Assembly (NCBI GenBank): GCA_919902765.1 | Contig: CAKKRP010000043.1 | Location: 22,053 to 86,052 of the forward strand | Source of the DNA: Gammaproteobacteria bacterium | GTDB taxonomy: Bacteria; Pseudomonadota; Gammaproteobacteria; S012-40 | Direction of reading: 5' to 3' | DNA length: 64,000 nucleotides | Part shown: positions 62,981 to 64,000 of the stretch, one piece after another | How the letters are laid out: the number at the start of each line of letters is the position of its first letter | How positions within the stretch are numbered: the first letter of the stretch is position 1 | Notes under the pieces: model-generated | What the model was told of the DNA's origin: nothing | What the model saw: the letters and a program-made list of their open reading frames with translations, nothing else | The model's database searches: none | Program-made: the position numbers and the translations under genes

Positions 62981-64000
62981 TTAAGTTGCCGCTGTTTTTA
63001 CTGCCGGACTAAGTTCATTCGCCAAGGCCACCGCTTGTTGCCAACGCGCCGTTTTGGTTAAGACATCGCTGGAGGAGGCCTTGCGTCCATGCATACGCGC
63101 GTAGCGTAATTGCGCGGCAGGATTGCTAAACGGACCGAGTTGCTCCAGCACTTCCAAGGCACCGGCGCGATTATTACAGACCAGCGCCATATCGCAACCG
63201 GCCGCTAAGGCGAGTTTGGCGCGATCGGTAAAGCTGCCTGCAACATGTGCGGCGGCCATATTCAAGTCGTCGCTGAATATCACGCCTTGGAACCCCAAGC
63301 GCTTACGCAAAATTTGATTGATCCAGATTTCTGAAAACCCGGCCGGTTGTGCATCGACTTGTTTGTAAATGACATGCGCCGGCATGATGGCGTCCAAGCC
63401 GTAATGGATCATACGTTGAAACGGGATGATATCGTCGAAAAAAATATCTTCATAGCGTCGGTTGTCCACCGGGATCGCGATGTGCGAATCTTCCACCACA
63501 TTGCCGTGCCCGGGAAAATGTTTTCCCACCGCCGCCATGCCTGCGTTATGCATGCCTATCATATAGGCGTGCGCGAGGTCCGCCACTACGTCGGGTTCGG
63601 GGCTGAATCCGCGATCACCGATCACGTCGCTGACGCCGCGATCTAAATCCAATACCGGCGCGAAACTAAAATCGACGCCGGTGGCGCGCAATTCCGCAGC
63701 CATCAGCCAGCCTAATTGCTCGGCCGCGCGCTTACCGTCGGCGGACGATTTGCTAAATAATTTTCCGATGGCGCCTGCGGCGGGCAGCCGCGTAAACCCG
63801 TCGTGAAAACGTTGCACACGCCCGCCTTCATGATCGACCGCGATTAATAATTCAGGATGCCGGATTTGGTGGATCGCCGTCGTGAGGGCCGCCAATTGTT
63901 CCGGCGACTGGTAATTGCGCGTGAACAATATCACCCCGCCGACTAAAGGGTGACGCAGAATCTCGCGATCTTCGGCGGTGAGCTGCAAACCGGCCACATC
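62981..64000 (-). CDS. nagZ: Beta-N-acetylhexosaminidase, 5' end outside window
   Basis: GGVILFTRN, VDHEGGRVQR, KHFPGHG, DSH, FSDDL. Confidence 0.95.
   Translation of the reverse strand, partial: DVAGLQLTAEDREILRHPLVGGVILFTRNYQSPEQLAALTTAIHQIRHPELLIAVDHEGGRVQRFHDGFTRLPAAGAIGKLFSKSSADGKRAAEQLGWLMAAELRATGVDFSFAPVLDLDRGVSDVIGDRGFSPEPDVVADLAHAYMIGMHNAGMAAVGKHFPGHGNVVEDSHIAIPVDNRRYEDIFFDDIIPFQRMIHYGLDAIMPAHVIYKQVDAQPAGFSEIWINQILRKRLGFQGVIFSDDLNMAAAHVAGSFTDRAKLALAAGCDMALVCNNRAGALEVLEQLGPFSNPAAQLRYARMHGRKASSSDVLTKTARWQQAVALANELSPAVKTAAT

Overview
A 64 kb chromosomal segment from a Gammaproteobacterium, probably at the replication terminus because a good dif site lies at 17432-17459. The left part is housekeeping: hflC 3' end, DUF2065, hisZ, purA, a DUF853 ATPase, a secreted DsrE-like protein, msrA, hrpB, a porin, fadJ-fadI-fadE, a Sel1 protein and an Hpt/pseudo-receiver protein. 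Immediately right of dif is a ~21 kb accessory block of two convergent operons. The + strand operon encodes an unusual synthase-dependent exopolysaccharide system: a PilZ-fused hyaluronan/NodC-like GT2, a membrane-anchored protein with apparently dead deacetylase and GH18-like domains, and a TPR-deacetylase-beta-barrel fusion. The - strand operon encodes a lipoprotein, a PEGA/FlgT-like/TPR lipoprotein, a TolB-like propeller, a TPR-like protein, OppABCDF, a membrane protein and an intact GH18. Both upstream regions carry the same (T/C)GTC-N10-GACA boxes. Next come mfd, def and csiV, then a type I-C CRISPR-Cas locus with about 98 repeats counted by eye. One spacer is itself a foreign I-C repeat. 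The cas operon contains a partial cas4 duplication, a DUF433/DUF5615 TA pair and a Bro-N fragment. Two MITEs are present, and the window ends with mtnP, hpt, a DsrE-like gene and nagZ. All calls come from motif recognition by eye; no database searches were run.
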